From a bacterium (GTDB lineage Bacteria; SZUA-182; DTGQ01): DNA of 33,494 nt. The notes beneath the pieces were generated by a model. The model was not told the DNA's origin and made no database searches. It saw only the letters and a program-made list of their open reading frames with translations. Positions 18,352-26,968 of the stretch are shown one piece after another. The translations under genes were made by a program, and so were the position numbers. The first letter of the stretch is position 1. Each line of letters opens with the position of its first letter. The stretch is from positions 1 to 33,494 of the forward strand of contig JBFMGO010000063.1 of NCBI GenBank assembly GCA_040752695.1, written 5' to 3'.

Positions 18352-18939
18352 TCACATTGATGGCAAAAAATCATAGAGAGATTCTTGCCCAAGGTGTTTA
18401 ACAAATTTCTTTACCAGATTTTCCAGCGAATCTGGTCTACCAATATAAATCCAGTCATCGGTAGTTCCGATAAAGGAATATCTTTGAGTGATAAATTCTC
18501 TCTTTTCCTCATCAGTAAGTATAAACCTGAGCATTGGACTATAGGTGATTTCCCTTTCAAAAATTTTAGCTATGGTCTCTTTTGATTTATTGGGGAGAGC
18601 AGATTGTACAAGGTCAGATAATATATTCTTGTCCTGATCTGCGATATAGATTGTGATAATTTCTTTTTTAATATCAATTTTATAGTCCTTTTCCTTTGAA
18701 TATTTCTCCATACCCGTTTCTACAACAGTTCTTTCCATATCGGTGATAAGTTTTGGCTGAATTATTCGGAGAAATACCTGAGCATTGGGGTTCTCATATA
18801 TTTCATAACCATCAGGAATAGTTTCAGCTAAGGTTCCATCACTTTTGGTTGAGAAATAATATTTATCTTTACCTGTGCTGGTTTTTCCGATATGAAGGTA
18901 GTAGGTCAATTCTTTTCGATTTATGTAGGTAACAGGCAA
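18352..18939 (-). CDS. Hypothetical protein
   Basis: ~195-202 aa AT-rich ORF (YYLHIGKTSTGKDKYYFS, YEIYENPNAQVFLR); TTG start with AAAGGGG RBS. Confidence 0.75.
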   Translation of the reverse strand: MPVTYINRKELTYYLHIGKTSTGKDKYYFSTKSDGTLAETIPDGYEIYENPNAQVFLRIIQPKLITDMERTVVETGMEKYSKEKDYKIDIKKEIITIYIADQDKNILSDLVQSALPNKSKETIAKIFEREITYSPMLRFILTDEEKREFITQRYSFIGTTDDWIYIGRPDSLENLVKKFVKHLGQESLYDFLPSM

Positions 18940-19007
18940 AATAATTCCCCTTTCGATCACCTATTGAAATATTAAGTGGATCAATTCATAGGCAGAAGTA
19001 TAATCTC

Positions 19008-19229
19008 TCATTCATTTTTTTCCACCCATTCTGCAAGAGCTTTCTCTAAATCCTGCATAGCTTCATCCAAGGTCTTATAACCCTCTTTACCTTCCTAAAC
19101 TGTACCTCCCTCATCCAATGCTCTGATAAATGAACCATTGGAATCATCTTGCTGTCCAATTTCAATCCAACCTTGACTTTCAACCCAATAGGCAATATTC
19201 GGATAGGTTTCTTCAAATGAATTTTTCAT
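19008..19229 (-). pseudogene. Small hypothetical protein with premature TAG
   Basis: MKNSFEETYPNIAYWVESQGWIEIG...IRALDEGGTV*EGKEGYKTLDEAMQDLEKALAEW; TAG at 19095-19097, probably from TGG; absent from the ORF track. Confidence 0.7.
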
Positions 19230-19248
19230 TTTTTCCCGTCTCCATTAT

Positions 19249-19464
19249 TCACAAAAGAGAATCGACATAATCTTTGGATACTTTTAATCCCTTCCCTGTC
19301 AATTCTACTGCCCTTTTGATTGCTTCGATGTTCTTTCCTTGAGAAATAAGGGAACGTATCTCATCTTCTATTCCCAAAGGATCAGATTTTCCACAATGTT
19401 GGCAGACCTTAAATTCGGTCTTAAGGGTTTTTTGGCAAAACCTGCATATTGTTTTCTTGGCCAT
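19249..19464 (-). CDS. Zinc-ribbon plus ribosomal L7/L12 C-terminal-like small protein
   Basis: CRFC...CQHC followed by KNIEAIKRAVELTGKGLKVSKDYVD; GGAG RBS. Confidence 0.7.
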   Translation of the reverse strand: MAKKTICRFCQKTLKTEFKVCQHCGKSDPLGIEDEIRSLISQGKNIEAIKRAVELTGKGLKVSKDYVDSLL

Positions 19465-19706
19465 ATTGTTTATTTCTCCCATTCTTAGAAATGTTCGATA
19501 TTCTTTTGAAAAATAATACGTTAAAATTGATTTTCGTGCAAGAAATATGTTGAGTTACAGGATCAAATATTGAAGTCGGGATTTTTCCCTCGGTTTCGAT
19601 TCCAGAAACGACATCCAACAAATTTCATAGCCATTTTATGATCTTGATAGTCTCTTCCAGTTTTTTTCAAAATCTGGTAAGATAATGTCCACATATAAAC
19701 ATGGGT

Positions 19707-20150
19707 TCATGTTGTTCTATTGAAAACAAATTTGGTAATAATTTTTATTGGTTCTATACAGCCCTGTGAAATGAGCATATTTTTATACTGGTTGCCTCTT
19801 TCTGGATTCATTCCTAATCTTTTGTATCTTTGGGTAGTATTTGATAATGGAAAATGATGAATGTCTGTAAGAAGTCTTATTGTATGATTATCTGACGGGT
19901 TTTTGGGGTGTTTGGGTATTTCTTCTTTGTTATATTTATCTGAGGCCAAATACCCCCTATTTGGTTCAAGCTTATCATCGTCAGGGCTTGGCAAATACCC
20001 CTCTTGGTTAAATTCTGTCCTGCTATCCCTCTGGACTGGAAAATCTATCTCTCTTTTTCTCAAATCCTCATCTGTTATCCTTCCCTTTTTTACCGGCACA
20101 AGCGGGATTTTGACCAGGCAGGGATCAATCCTATTTTTGATTTTTACTGA
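19707..20150 (-). pseudogene. Fragment of a larger protein (possibly the C-terminal part of an ATP-binding protein)
   Basis: Frame open upstream of the GTG at 20099 (VKIKNRIDPCLVKIPLVPVKKG) with no convincing start; family assignment is weak recall. Confidence 0.35.
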
Positions 20151-20305
20151 GTGATCATGAAACCAGATTCACTAATGGCAAAACTAATAGATCTTATATA
20201 CATAGTAATAGTAGGAATCAAACAGGTGTCTCTGAACTACAACGTCTTACTATAGATTTTGTAGAAAATGAAAGTACTGATTTTGAAACCTGTATAGATG
20301 AATTT

Positions 20306-20863
20306 GTGCGTGATTTCAAAAAAAAGTTAACTGGGGAAAATTTACTATTTTATAGAGGAGTAGACATTTCCGTTAAGGAAAAATTAAAATCACTATTCAT
20401 TGGTCCATCTCCAGCTTCAAAGGATGGGAGATATAATAGGGAAGGGGAAAGGTGTCTTTATTTAATCACCGACATAGAACCTTTAAAGTCAGAATTGAAA
20501 TCTTCTGAATTATTAGTTCAAGAATATTATATCCCTGTTGATAGATATAAAATAGCTGATCTGGCATCTGATAACAGCGAACTTCACAATAATCTTGCTA
20601 TAGCGTTTCATATGGCAGAAAGAGGGGCAACTCCTTCTGGATATGACATAGAAAAAGAATTGGAAAAAAGAAGGAGATCTAAATATAGTTTTAGCCAGCT
20701 ATTAGCTTCAATCTTCAAAAGGTATAATTGGGATGGTTTGTATATTCCGGGTGTACATGGTAGTCCTGGGAAATATTATTGTAATATGGCCATCTTTGAC
20801 TCAATTATTGATCAGTGGGAGAGTTGGGTAAAACCGGGATATTACCCCAAAAATATCGATTAA
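20306..20863 (+). CDS. RES-domain protein, probably 5'-truncated
   Basis: FYRG...GRYNREGERCLYL...SQLLA...DGLYIPG...NMAIF; frame is open from ~20141 with no ATG. Confidence 0.65.
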   Translation: MRDFKKKLTGENLLFYRGVDISVKEKLKSLFIGPSPASKDGRYNREGERCLYLITDIEPLKSELKSSELLVQEYYIPVDRYKIADLASDNSELHNNLAIAFHMAERGATPSGYDIEKELEKRRRSKYSFSQLLASIFKRYNWDGLYIPGVHGSPGKYYCNMAIFDSIIDQWESWVKPGYYPKNID

Positions 20864-21117
20864 TGTCATTTTGTTGATTTTTCCTCATATTTTTTAATGA
20901 GGATGAATAGCAGTTCAATTTTCACAGCTATTTTTAAACTTGATAATTATTTTAAATTTTTTCCGAATTTTATAATATAAGCGATAGGCATCAATAGTCA
21001 AAAACCACCCCCGAATACTTCAAAGGAAAGGCACTGTAAATGATAATCGATGAGCAAGATAAAAGAATAGCCAAAATCCTTGGGGTAGAAATATCGGAAG
21101 ATAGTGAAAGTTACAGG

Positions 21118-21147
21118 AACCTGCCCGAACGAAACCGGGCAGGCTCT
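21118..21147 (-). terminator. Hairpin downstream of protein B1
   Basis: CCTGCCCG/CGGGCAGG 8-bp stem. Confidence 0.6.
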
Positions 21148-21183
21148 TTGAAAGATGAAATAAAGATTACACATCGGATGGAA

Positions 21184-21663
21184 TCAGATGCCGAGCAAAA
21201 GTAATGTCGAGGCCGAAGTCCCCCCAAGCAAAAGGGCTGTGGTTGTTCCAATAGTTGGCGTGGTGGTAAGTGTGGGAACCGTCGTAGTGGTAGGAGCTGT
21301 TGCAGCCAGAAGAGCCAGGGTCGTTGTCGAAACCCCTCCAAGCAAAAGGGCTGTTGTAATCCCCAGCGTAGTCGTTGGGACGGTGGTGGTTGTGGGAGTA
21401 AGAAGCGAAGCTGCCAGGAGCGTACTGGTCAATGGGACTGCGGCATGCCTGCTTGGGTAGCCATAATCGGGATAGCCATAAAAAGGTGATATCCCTAATG
21501 GGAATCCTCCGTAATAGGAGAAGGGAGCAGGAAAGGCCGGGGGGTAATACGGCATATATTGAGCACTGCCGAACTGGACAACGGTTATTGAGAGCAGCAT
21601 CGTGATAGCGAAAAATACGATAACTTTTTTTAATGCGGTAATTCCTGAGTAATCGGTTCTCAT
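21184..21663 (-). CDS. Secreted Tyr/Pro-rich plus Thr/Leu-rich uncharged protein 'B1' (unknown)
   Basis: 159 aa; AAGGAG RBS; signal peptide ending GSA-Q; paralogue of 23365..23844. Confidence 0.85.
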   Translation of the reverse strand: MRTDYSGITALKKVIVFFAITMLLSITVVQFGSAQYMPYYPPAFPAPFSYYGGFPLGISPFYGYPDYGYPSRHAAVPLTSTLLAASLLTPTTTTVPTTTLGITTALLLGGVSTTTLALLAATAPTTTTVPTLTTTPTIGTTTALLLGGTSASTLLLLGI

Positions 21664-21730
21664 TCGTGAATCTCCTTGAAAGTTAAAGGGCCGTAAAGAG
21701 CCTGTCCAAAAACAGGCGTTGCCTTAAGCG

Positions 21731-21786
21731 GAGCATGGTGTCCTGCACAAGCTCTCTCGCAGAGCATGGTCCTGCACAAGCTCTCT
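21731..21786. repeat. Tandem duplication GAGCATGGT(GT)CCTGCACAAGCTCTCT x2
   Basis: Copies at 21731-21757 and 21762-21786. Confidence 0.85.
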
Positions 21787-21816
21787 TTGGCCGAAGGCTT
21801 GTTGTGGGGATAACTT

Positions 21817-22371
21817 CTAAATTAAAGATAGTCCGGCAATCGCGCTTGTAGTCAGTAAGGGGGCAAATTGCGGATAGGTAGTATAATACGTATTATTCGC
21901 CGTTGGAACATTCGCCGAAAGCCACGTTGTGCTCGTCGGCAGCAGGGTGCTCCATTTGACCGTGCTCAGGTTGAGCGGGAGAGGGGTTCCGAGAGGACTC
22001 AGGAGATAGCTGGGGGGCCACAGGTTAATGCCAAACAAAGGATCATAATAGACCATGCCCGATGGGGTATCGTACAGAAGCCAGGGATAAGTCCGGTTGA
22101 CCGGATCCCAGGTTAATCCTGGTTGCACGGGAAGAACGGTATTTTTGGTCAGGCTGCTGACGATAGGGATTGGAATGCCGAAAATATTCGGTGGAGAGAG
22201 AACCGATGACCATAAGGGCCATAAGGTATTGTAAGGCGGCAATGGCCACCAGTTGAAGGTAGTCACTGCTGCAGCGTGACTCAAAGAAATCCCGGCCGCA
22301 AAGATACATGCGAATATGATAATACCTGCTACACTCTTTCTAAAACCCATATTTTTTCTTGATGTATTCAT
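21817..22371 (-). CDS. Secreted Trp/Pro-rich protein 'A1' (unknown)
   Basis: 184 aa; signal peptide ending SHA; paralogue of 23941..24513. Confidence 0.88.
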   Translation of the reverse strand: MNTSRKNMGFRKSVAGIIIFACIFAAGISLSHAAAVTTFNWWPLPPYNTLWPLWSSVLSPPNIFGIPIPIVSSLTKNTVLPVQPGLTWDPVNRTYPWLLYDTPSGMVYYDPLFGINLWPPSYLLSPLGTPLPLNLSTVKWSTLLPTSTTWLSANVPTANNTYYTTYPQFAPLLTTSAIAGLSLI

Positions 22372-22600
22372 TAGTTAATTTCCTTTTCTCATAAGTAGTT
22401 AAGAGCCGGAAACATACTTCAATATGCAAATCTCTACTATAAACATCCCTCCTTTCAAAATAGATCATCACTTACAGGCACGGAAAAAAGAAAAATAAAG
22501 TATGTGGGATGCCAGCTAAAAATTGTTGGAGAATATTTTTCTTAATAACCAGCAAAATAGATGAGAGTTACTCCCTGATTGACAATGGCAAATCTATGAA

Positions 22601-22631
22601 TGATAAATTTTCCAAGGTGATAAATTTATCA
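22601..22631. promoter_or_regulatory. Tandem palindromic sites TGATAAATTTTCCA / TGATAAATTTATCA (candidate activator sites)
   Basis: Second site is a perfect palindrome; related site TGAAAAATTTTTCA at 25030-25043 lies upstream of the paralogous operon. Confidence 0.5.
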
Positions 22632-22769
22632 AAGAAAAAGCAGGGAGGAATTTCGAACCTCACTGAAAAGGCGAGATAAGAAGTTCCCCCCTTTGCGCAA
22701 TAAGGGCATCTGTTTTGGGCTTAACAGAGCCAGGATGATATTTTGGCTCAGGCTACTTTCTTTATCATA

Positions 22770-22786
22770 AGCATAACGCATGCCAA
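22770..22786 (-). promoter_or_regulatory. Sigma54 (-24/-12) promoter upstream of A1-B1
   Basis: TTGGCATGCGTTATGCT = GG-N10-GC. Confidence 0.65.
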
Positions 22787-23252
22787 GGATGCCATCTGCC
22801 AAACAAGCAGTCAAAACAATGGCTTGGTGAGGATATTAGATTACTTCAGTCTATAATCTCAAGCATGTGTAGCGAACCCGGACGCCAAAGTATAGACTGA
22901 GTAGCAAAGATGGATACTGGAGCGGTTTTCAATTGCTTTGGGGTGCATTTATAGGGGGTGCCTTTGGAAAAGGGTGGACAGGGCTTGTGAAGGGTAGGTT
23001 TTTTCACATACATCTACAAGTTTTGTATCCCACGTCATTCTGAGCGAAGGCTGGAATGACAGAATGAGGCCATTTTGGCTGAATATTAAAATTTCCAGGT
23101 TTATCCATAAAAAACCTCCTCTTGTAAGGAGGGCAGGGGAGCCAGCCGTAGTTTGATCAGACCGCCGCTCTTTGGAGGGCCGGGTAACCGGGGTTGGCCG
23201 GGTACTGGACATGAAGATACTGGATACGGAAAAGAGTGCTGCGCGGTATTGC

Positions 23253-23311
23253 CAGGATGACCAGGAAGGCAGGAGCTTGTGTGCTCCTCTTTGTGCTTCC
23301 TGGTCATCCTG
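23253..23311 (-). terminator. Long stem-loop downstream of B2
   Basis: Perfect 16-bp stem CAGGATGACCAGGAAG/CTTCCTGGTCATCCTG with inner AGGAGC/GCTCCT stem. Confidence 0.65.
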
Positions 23312-23364
23312 TTTTAAGGATCAGACCGAAAGGGCTTTTCAGTTGCTCATCCTCAGCAGTAAGA

Positions 23365-23844
23365 TCAAATTCCAAGCAAGAGCAGAGTTGAAGTTGAAAC
23401 TCCTCCGCTCAGCAGCAAGGCAGTAGTCGTCCCGATGGTTGGCGTAGTAGTAACGGTAGTGGGAACCGGCGTAGCGGCCAGAGTAGCCAAAGTTGTGGAC
23501 GAAAGCCCTGTTCCTCCCAGGGTAGCCAGAGTAATGGCTGTGCTGACTCCAATTACGGGAGTTGCTGTAGTTGTAGTCGTGGGAGTGGTAAGCAGCGTTG
23601 GTAAAAGAGTAGAAGTTGACAGTAGAACAGCGGCACTCCGGGTGGGCAGGTAACCATAAAGCGAGCCATAAAGGGGTGGCGGCGCTACAATGGGAAAGCC
23701 TCCGTAATAGGGGAAGACGGAAGGGTAGAAAGGTGCGATCTGGGCTCTTCCCTGCTGTACAAAGGCTCCTAGCAGCATTATGATGATGCCGACAATCATA
23801 ATTGCCCTTTTGGCCTGTTTTATTCCAATCTTATTGCTTATCAT
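23365..23844 (-). CDS. Secreted Tyr/Pro-rich plus Thr/Leu-rich uncharged protein 'B2'
   Basis: Start moved to MISNK (AAGGAGG RBS), giving 159 aa; signal peptide ending GRA-Q; same STLLLLGI terminus as B1. Confidence 0.85.
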   Translation of the reverse strand: MISNKIGIKQAKRAIMIVGIIIMLLGAFVQQGRAQIAPFYPSVFPYYGGFPIVAPPPLYGSLYGYLPTRSAAVLLSTSTLLPTLLTTPTTTTTATPVIGVSTAITLATLGGTGLSSTTLATLAATPVPTTVTTTPTIGTTTALLLSGGVSTSTLLLLGI

Positions 23845-23940
23845 GGCTAAAACCTCCTTCCATTTCCGGATAGGTTCTTTTGCCCGATGGACTACCATAA
23901 TACTGTATACTTCACGTGCTGTATGCTTTTCAATACCGTT

Positions 23941-24513
23941 CTAAATAAGAGTCAATCCCGCAATTGCACTGGTCGTCAAAAGGGGAGCGAACTGCGGGTA
24001 CGTGGTATAATAAGTACTGTTAGCCACCGGAACGTTTGCTTGGAGCCAGCTTGTGCTTGTCGGCAGCAGGGTACTCCAGGCAATCGTACTCAGGTTAAGA
24101 GGAAGAGGCGCACCCAAAACATTCAAAAGGTAGCTTGGCGGCCAGAGGTTAATTCCGAATAAGGGATCGTAGTACACCATACCTGAAGGAGTATTATATA
24201 AAAGCCAGGGATATTTCAGGTTAACCGGATCCCAGGTCAGGCCGGGTTGAACGGGAAGAACAGTGTCTTTCGTCAGGCTGGTTACGATAGGCTGTGGAAT
24301 CCCAAGAGCATTCGGTGGTGACAGGACAGAAGACCACAACGGCCACAGGGTATTATAGGGCGGCAGGGGCCACCAGTTGATCGTTGTGGCTGCAGCGGCA
24401 TGGCTTGACGATACTACTATTAACTGACTCATGGATAACAGGGCCAAGAGAGCAATCATGAAAGTGATGGTACGGAATACGGTTCTTTTTGAATAATTGG
24501 ACTTCTTAATCAT
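23941..24513 (-). CDS. Secreted Trp/Pro-rich protein 'A2'
   Basis: Start moved to MIKKS (GAGGAG RBS), 190 aa; mature part differs from A1 at 19 of 148 positions by hand count. Confidence 0.88.
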   Translation of the reverse strand: MIKKSNYSKRTVFRTITFMIALLALLSMSQLIVVSSSHAAAATTINWWPLPPYNTLWPLWSSVLSPPNALGIPQPIVTSLTKDTVLPVQPGLTWDPVNLKYPWLLYNTPSGMVYYDPLFGINLWPPSYLLNVLGAPLPLNLSTIAWSTLLPTSTSWLQANVPVANSTYYTTYPQFAPLLTTSAIAGLTLI

Positions 24514-24910
24514 ACTAGGCTCCTCTTCAGAATGTATTATTAATAACTGGGGAATGTTTTGCAGCAATATCACAATATGGGCATCCCCTCCTTTCACGGC
24601 AGTTAGTGGATCGTAAGATAACAACAGGTAAACATAACAACAGACATCAGGTAAACATAACGCCAAGTCAGATTATGAATACCCCACTGGTGATAAATAG
24701 CCAGTCCTTGGTCTAAAGGTCACAGACGGTGAAGGTTCAATGGAGGATCTACCGGGAATTGGGACCGACGAGGAAATGCTTCACTTCAGGATTCTCAAAA
24801 TTAACCTTACTGCCCAAGGTATAAGGTATATATTGGCTCTCATCACAGCAAACTTCAGAATATGATACATATACCAAAGGTAAAAATCTTTTTCTAAATT
24901 AGAAAATTAA

Positions 24911-24927
24911 AGCATAAACTATGCCAG
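24911..24927 (-). promoter_or_regulatory. Sigma54 promoter upstream of A2-B2
   Basis: CTGGCATAGTTTATGCT = GG-N10-GC; same distance (~400 bp) from gene A as the site at 22770. Confidence 0.7.
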
Positions 24928-25134
24928 ACAGCATTTGCCTGTCGCTGTTATATATCATTTATTTTCAGATAGATAGATCTGGTAAAAATAAGCCTGACAC
25001 CCTGATTGGATCAACAGGGCCAATTTATGTGAAAAATTTTTCATACCATCCATTGTTTATAACATAACTTACTGTTTATCAATAAGATTTTTCATTGGAC
25101 GATGTGAAATTGGATTCACTATTGCTTTTTGTGC

Positions 25135-26139
25135 TCAGTGGGAATCCTGACACATCTCGACAACTAAATTCTCGAGAATGAGGCGGGGATGGCAACTGCT
25201 CGATTTCAAGGCAAGATCCGTTTTCAGGAACCTGCCGTACAAGGTTTGCAGCCTCTCGGAGCTGAACGACTTGGCCTGCTCGGCGATCTGGCGGGCAAAT
25301 GTCGGAGGAATACGCAAGGCCCCCACCACTTCAGGCATCCCGCCTCCTCTTTCCATGATGGACCTGGCCAGATAGATCTGGCGAAATTGCCGGACAATCA
25401 TGGCCAGAAGCAGAACCTGACTGGTACCCTCTTCCATCAGCTTGTCCAGAATCCTCAAAGAAGACTCTACATTTTTTTCCCCCAGATTTCTCACTAAATC
25501 AAAGACGGAAAAAATCCGGGACTCTCCCGAAACAATAACCAGGTGCTCCTGTGTGATCTGACTGTCCCTGCCCATATAAAGATAGATCTTAGTCAATTCG
25601 CTCTCGATCCGGCAAAGATCGTTGCCCACCATCTGGGCCATTAATTGAGCCAGGGGAAGAGAAATGACCTTGCCGCTCTCTTTCACCCGCTGGACAATCC
25701 AGGAGGGGACTTTATCCTCGAACAGTTTATAGAAATGAACCAAAACTGCCGCTTTTTTGATAATTTCAGCCAGTTTTGTCCGCCCGTCGATCTTTTCAGC
25801 CATCAAGACCAGGCACAGGGAAGGGTGTTTTCTTTGCAGAATCTGCAAGAGGCGGTCAGCGTCTGCCTTTTTGACTTTCTCAACTCCTTTGAGCACGATC
25901 ACCCGACCCTTACCGACCAGAGGAAGAGTCTGGACGAGAGCAAGAAAAGAGTCCATATCAAGATCATCTGCACTGAAGGTATGAAAATTCTCCTGCTCTT
26001 CCTCTTTGGGCAGAGCATGACTCTTGATCAGGCTCACCGCCTGGTCGATCAAATAGGGTTCATCCCCGGTAAAAAGATAGAGAGGGTCCACGGTCCCCTC
26101 GTTGATTCGTCTTTTGAACTCTTCGGGTTTTAGCTGCAT
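25135..26139 (-). CDS. holA: DNA polymerase III subunit delta
   Basis: PLYLFTGDEPYLI, GNDLCRIESELTKI, SVFDL, DLALKSS; directly downstream of lptE. Confidence 0.93.
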   Translation of the reverse strand: MQLKPEEFKRRINEGTVDPLYLFTGDEPYLIDQAVSLIKSHALPKEEEQENFHTFSADDLDMDSFLALVQTLPLVGKGRVIVLKGVEKVKKADADRLLQILQRKHPSLCLVLMAEKIDGRTKLAEIIKKAAVLVHFYKLFEDKVPSWIVQRVKESGKVISLPLAQLMAQMVGNDLCRIESELTKIYLYMGRDSQITQEHLVIVSGESRIFSVFDLVRNLGEKNVESSLRILDKLMEEGTSQVLLLAMIVRQFRQIYLARSIMERGGGMPEVVGALRIPPTFARQIAEQAKSFSSERLQTLYGRFLKTDLALKSSSCHPRLILENLVVEMCQDSH

Positions 26140-26147
26140 ACGATTTC

Positions 26148-26224
26148 ATGCTCTGGATTAACGCTCAGAATTAATACTCAGAATTAATGCTCTGGATTAA
26201 CGCTCAGAATTAATGCTCCGTATA
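26148..26224. repeat. 13-bp tandem repeat (AYRCTCWGRATTA) x ~5.5
   Basis: atgctctggatta acgctcagaatta atactcagaatta atgctctggatta acgctcagaatta atgctccgtata. Confidence 0.9.
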
Positions 26225-26265
26225 ATGCCCCTTAAACATATGCCCCGGAAAAAGAACGCCCCGTA

Positions 26266-26781
26266 TTAATGCCCCATAAATCTTTGATCGAGCAGTCTCC
26301 TTGCCAGGTCCCTGACTGCTTTCTGACGGGCCTGATACTCCTTGGTACGGGTTCGGGCCAGATCATCCTTAAAAAACTGATAATCTCCCTGGATGACGAT
26401 ATCCTTCTCCTGCCATATTGTCTTGCCGGTTGAAATCTCTTCCATATACAGGTCAGCACGGATGGTCAGCCGGTATTCCCGTATGTTGTGGTCCCGGTCA
26501 AAGGAGAGGGACTGATCAGCCGCATATTCATGGATTACTCCGGACAGGACCGCCTGTGCTTCATCGCGGTTGACGATTCGCACGGTTGTGCCCCAGTGCC
26601 AGAACTCCTGGATCAGAGCGTCGGTGAATACGGTATCAAGGCCCGGTTCCATGCTCTGGTTGCGAATGGTTTCCACATAGATCAGGCGGATACTTTCGGG
26701 CCAGGATAAGGGTTTTTCCAAAATCCGGTAGCCGCATGCGGTCAAGGCCATACTCAGAAAAATGAGGAATACTATCTTCAA
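26266..26781 (-). CDS. lptE: LPS assembly lipoprotein LptE family
   Basis: Lipobox LTAC-GY; NQSMEPGL, EYRLTI, IWQ motifs; lptE-holA synteny. Confidence 0.85.
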   Translation of the reverse strand: MKIVFLIFLSMALTACGYRILEKPLSWPESIRLIYVETIRNQSMEPGLDTVFTDALIQEFWHWGTTVRIVNRDEAQAVLSGVIHEYAADQSLSFDRDHNIREYRLTIRADLYMEEISTGKTIWQEKDIVIQGDYQFFKDDLARTRTKEYQARQKAVRDLARRLLDQRFMGH

Positions 26782-26968
26782 TGTTTCATTTCTCCCTGAT
26801 TAAAACGGAGTACTGTGCCGAAAAGGATTATAGCAAAATCTCCTATGGATCCCAAATGAATATTTGACATACCACCACACAGGACGTTTTCTCCATCTTG
26901 ACTAATCCTTTAGCACGAAATTTTTCAGCTTTGATGGAACAATTACGTTTTAAGCAAGGAGGATTCTC

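Noticed and set aside
19095..19097. Stop-codon recoding (TAG here, TAA at 3586-3588)
   Set aside because: TAG and TAA terminate intact genes in this window; single transitions from TGG and CAA explain both
23034..23060. REP-like palindrome GTCATTC...GAATGAC
   Set aside because: Single short degenerate copy; cannot establish a repeat family from this window
21184..23844. B proteins as RiPP (lanthipeptide-type) precursors
   Set aside because: No Cys in the mature region, Sec-type signal peptides, and no modifying enzymes or transporter in the window; not excluded in trans
23845..24666. N-terminal extensions in the ORF track for A2 and B2 (also DUF433, helicase, hsp20s, cytochrome)
   Set aside because: Downstream starts have better RBSs and match paralogue or family lengths
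24520..24900. Known riboswitch in the long A-gene leaders (also 22380-22760)
   Set aside because: No recognisable aptamer consensus by eye and the two leaders are largely dissimilar; an Rfam scan would be needed
26148..26224. Short repeat arrays (also 30616-30716, 30882-30953, 32274-32340) as CRISPR
   Set aside because: Units are contiguous and degenerate, with no unique spacers and no cas genes
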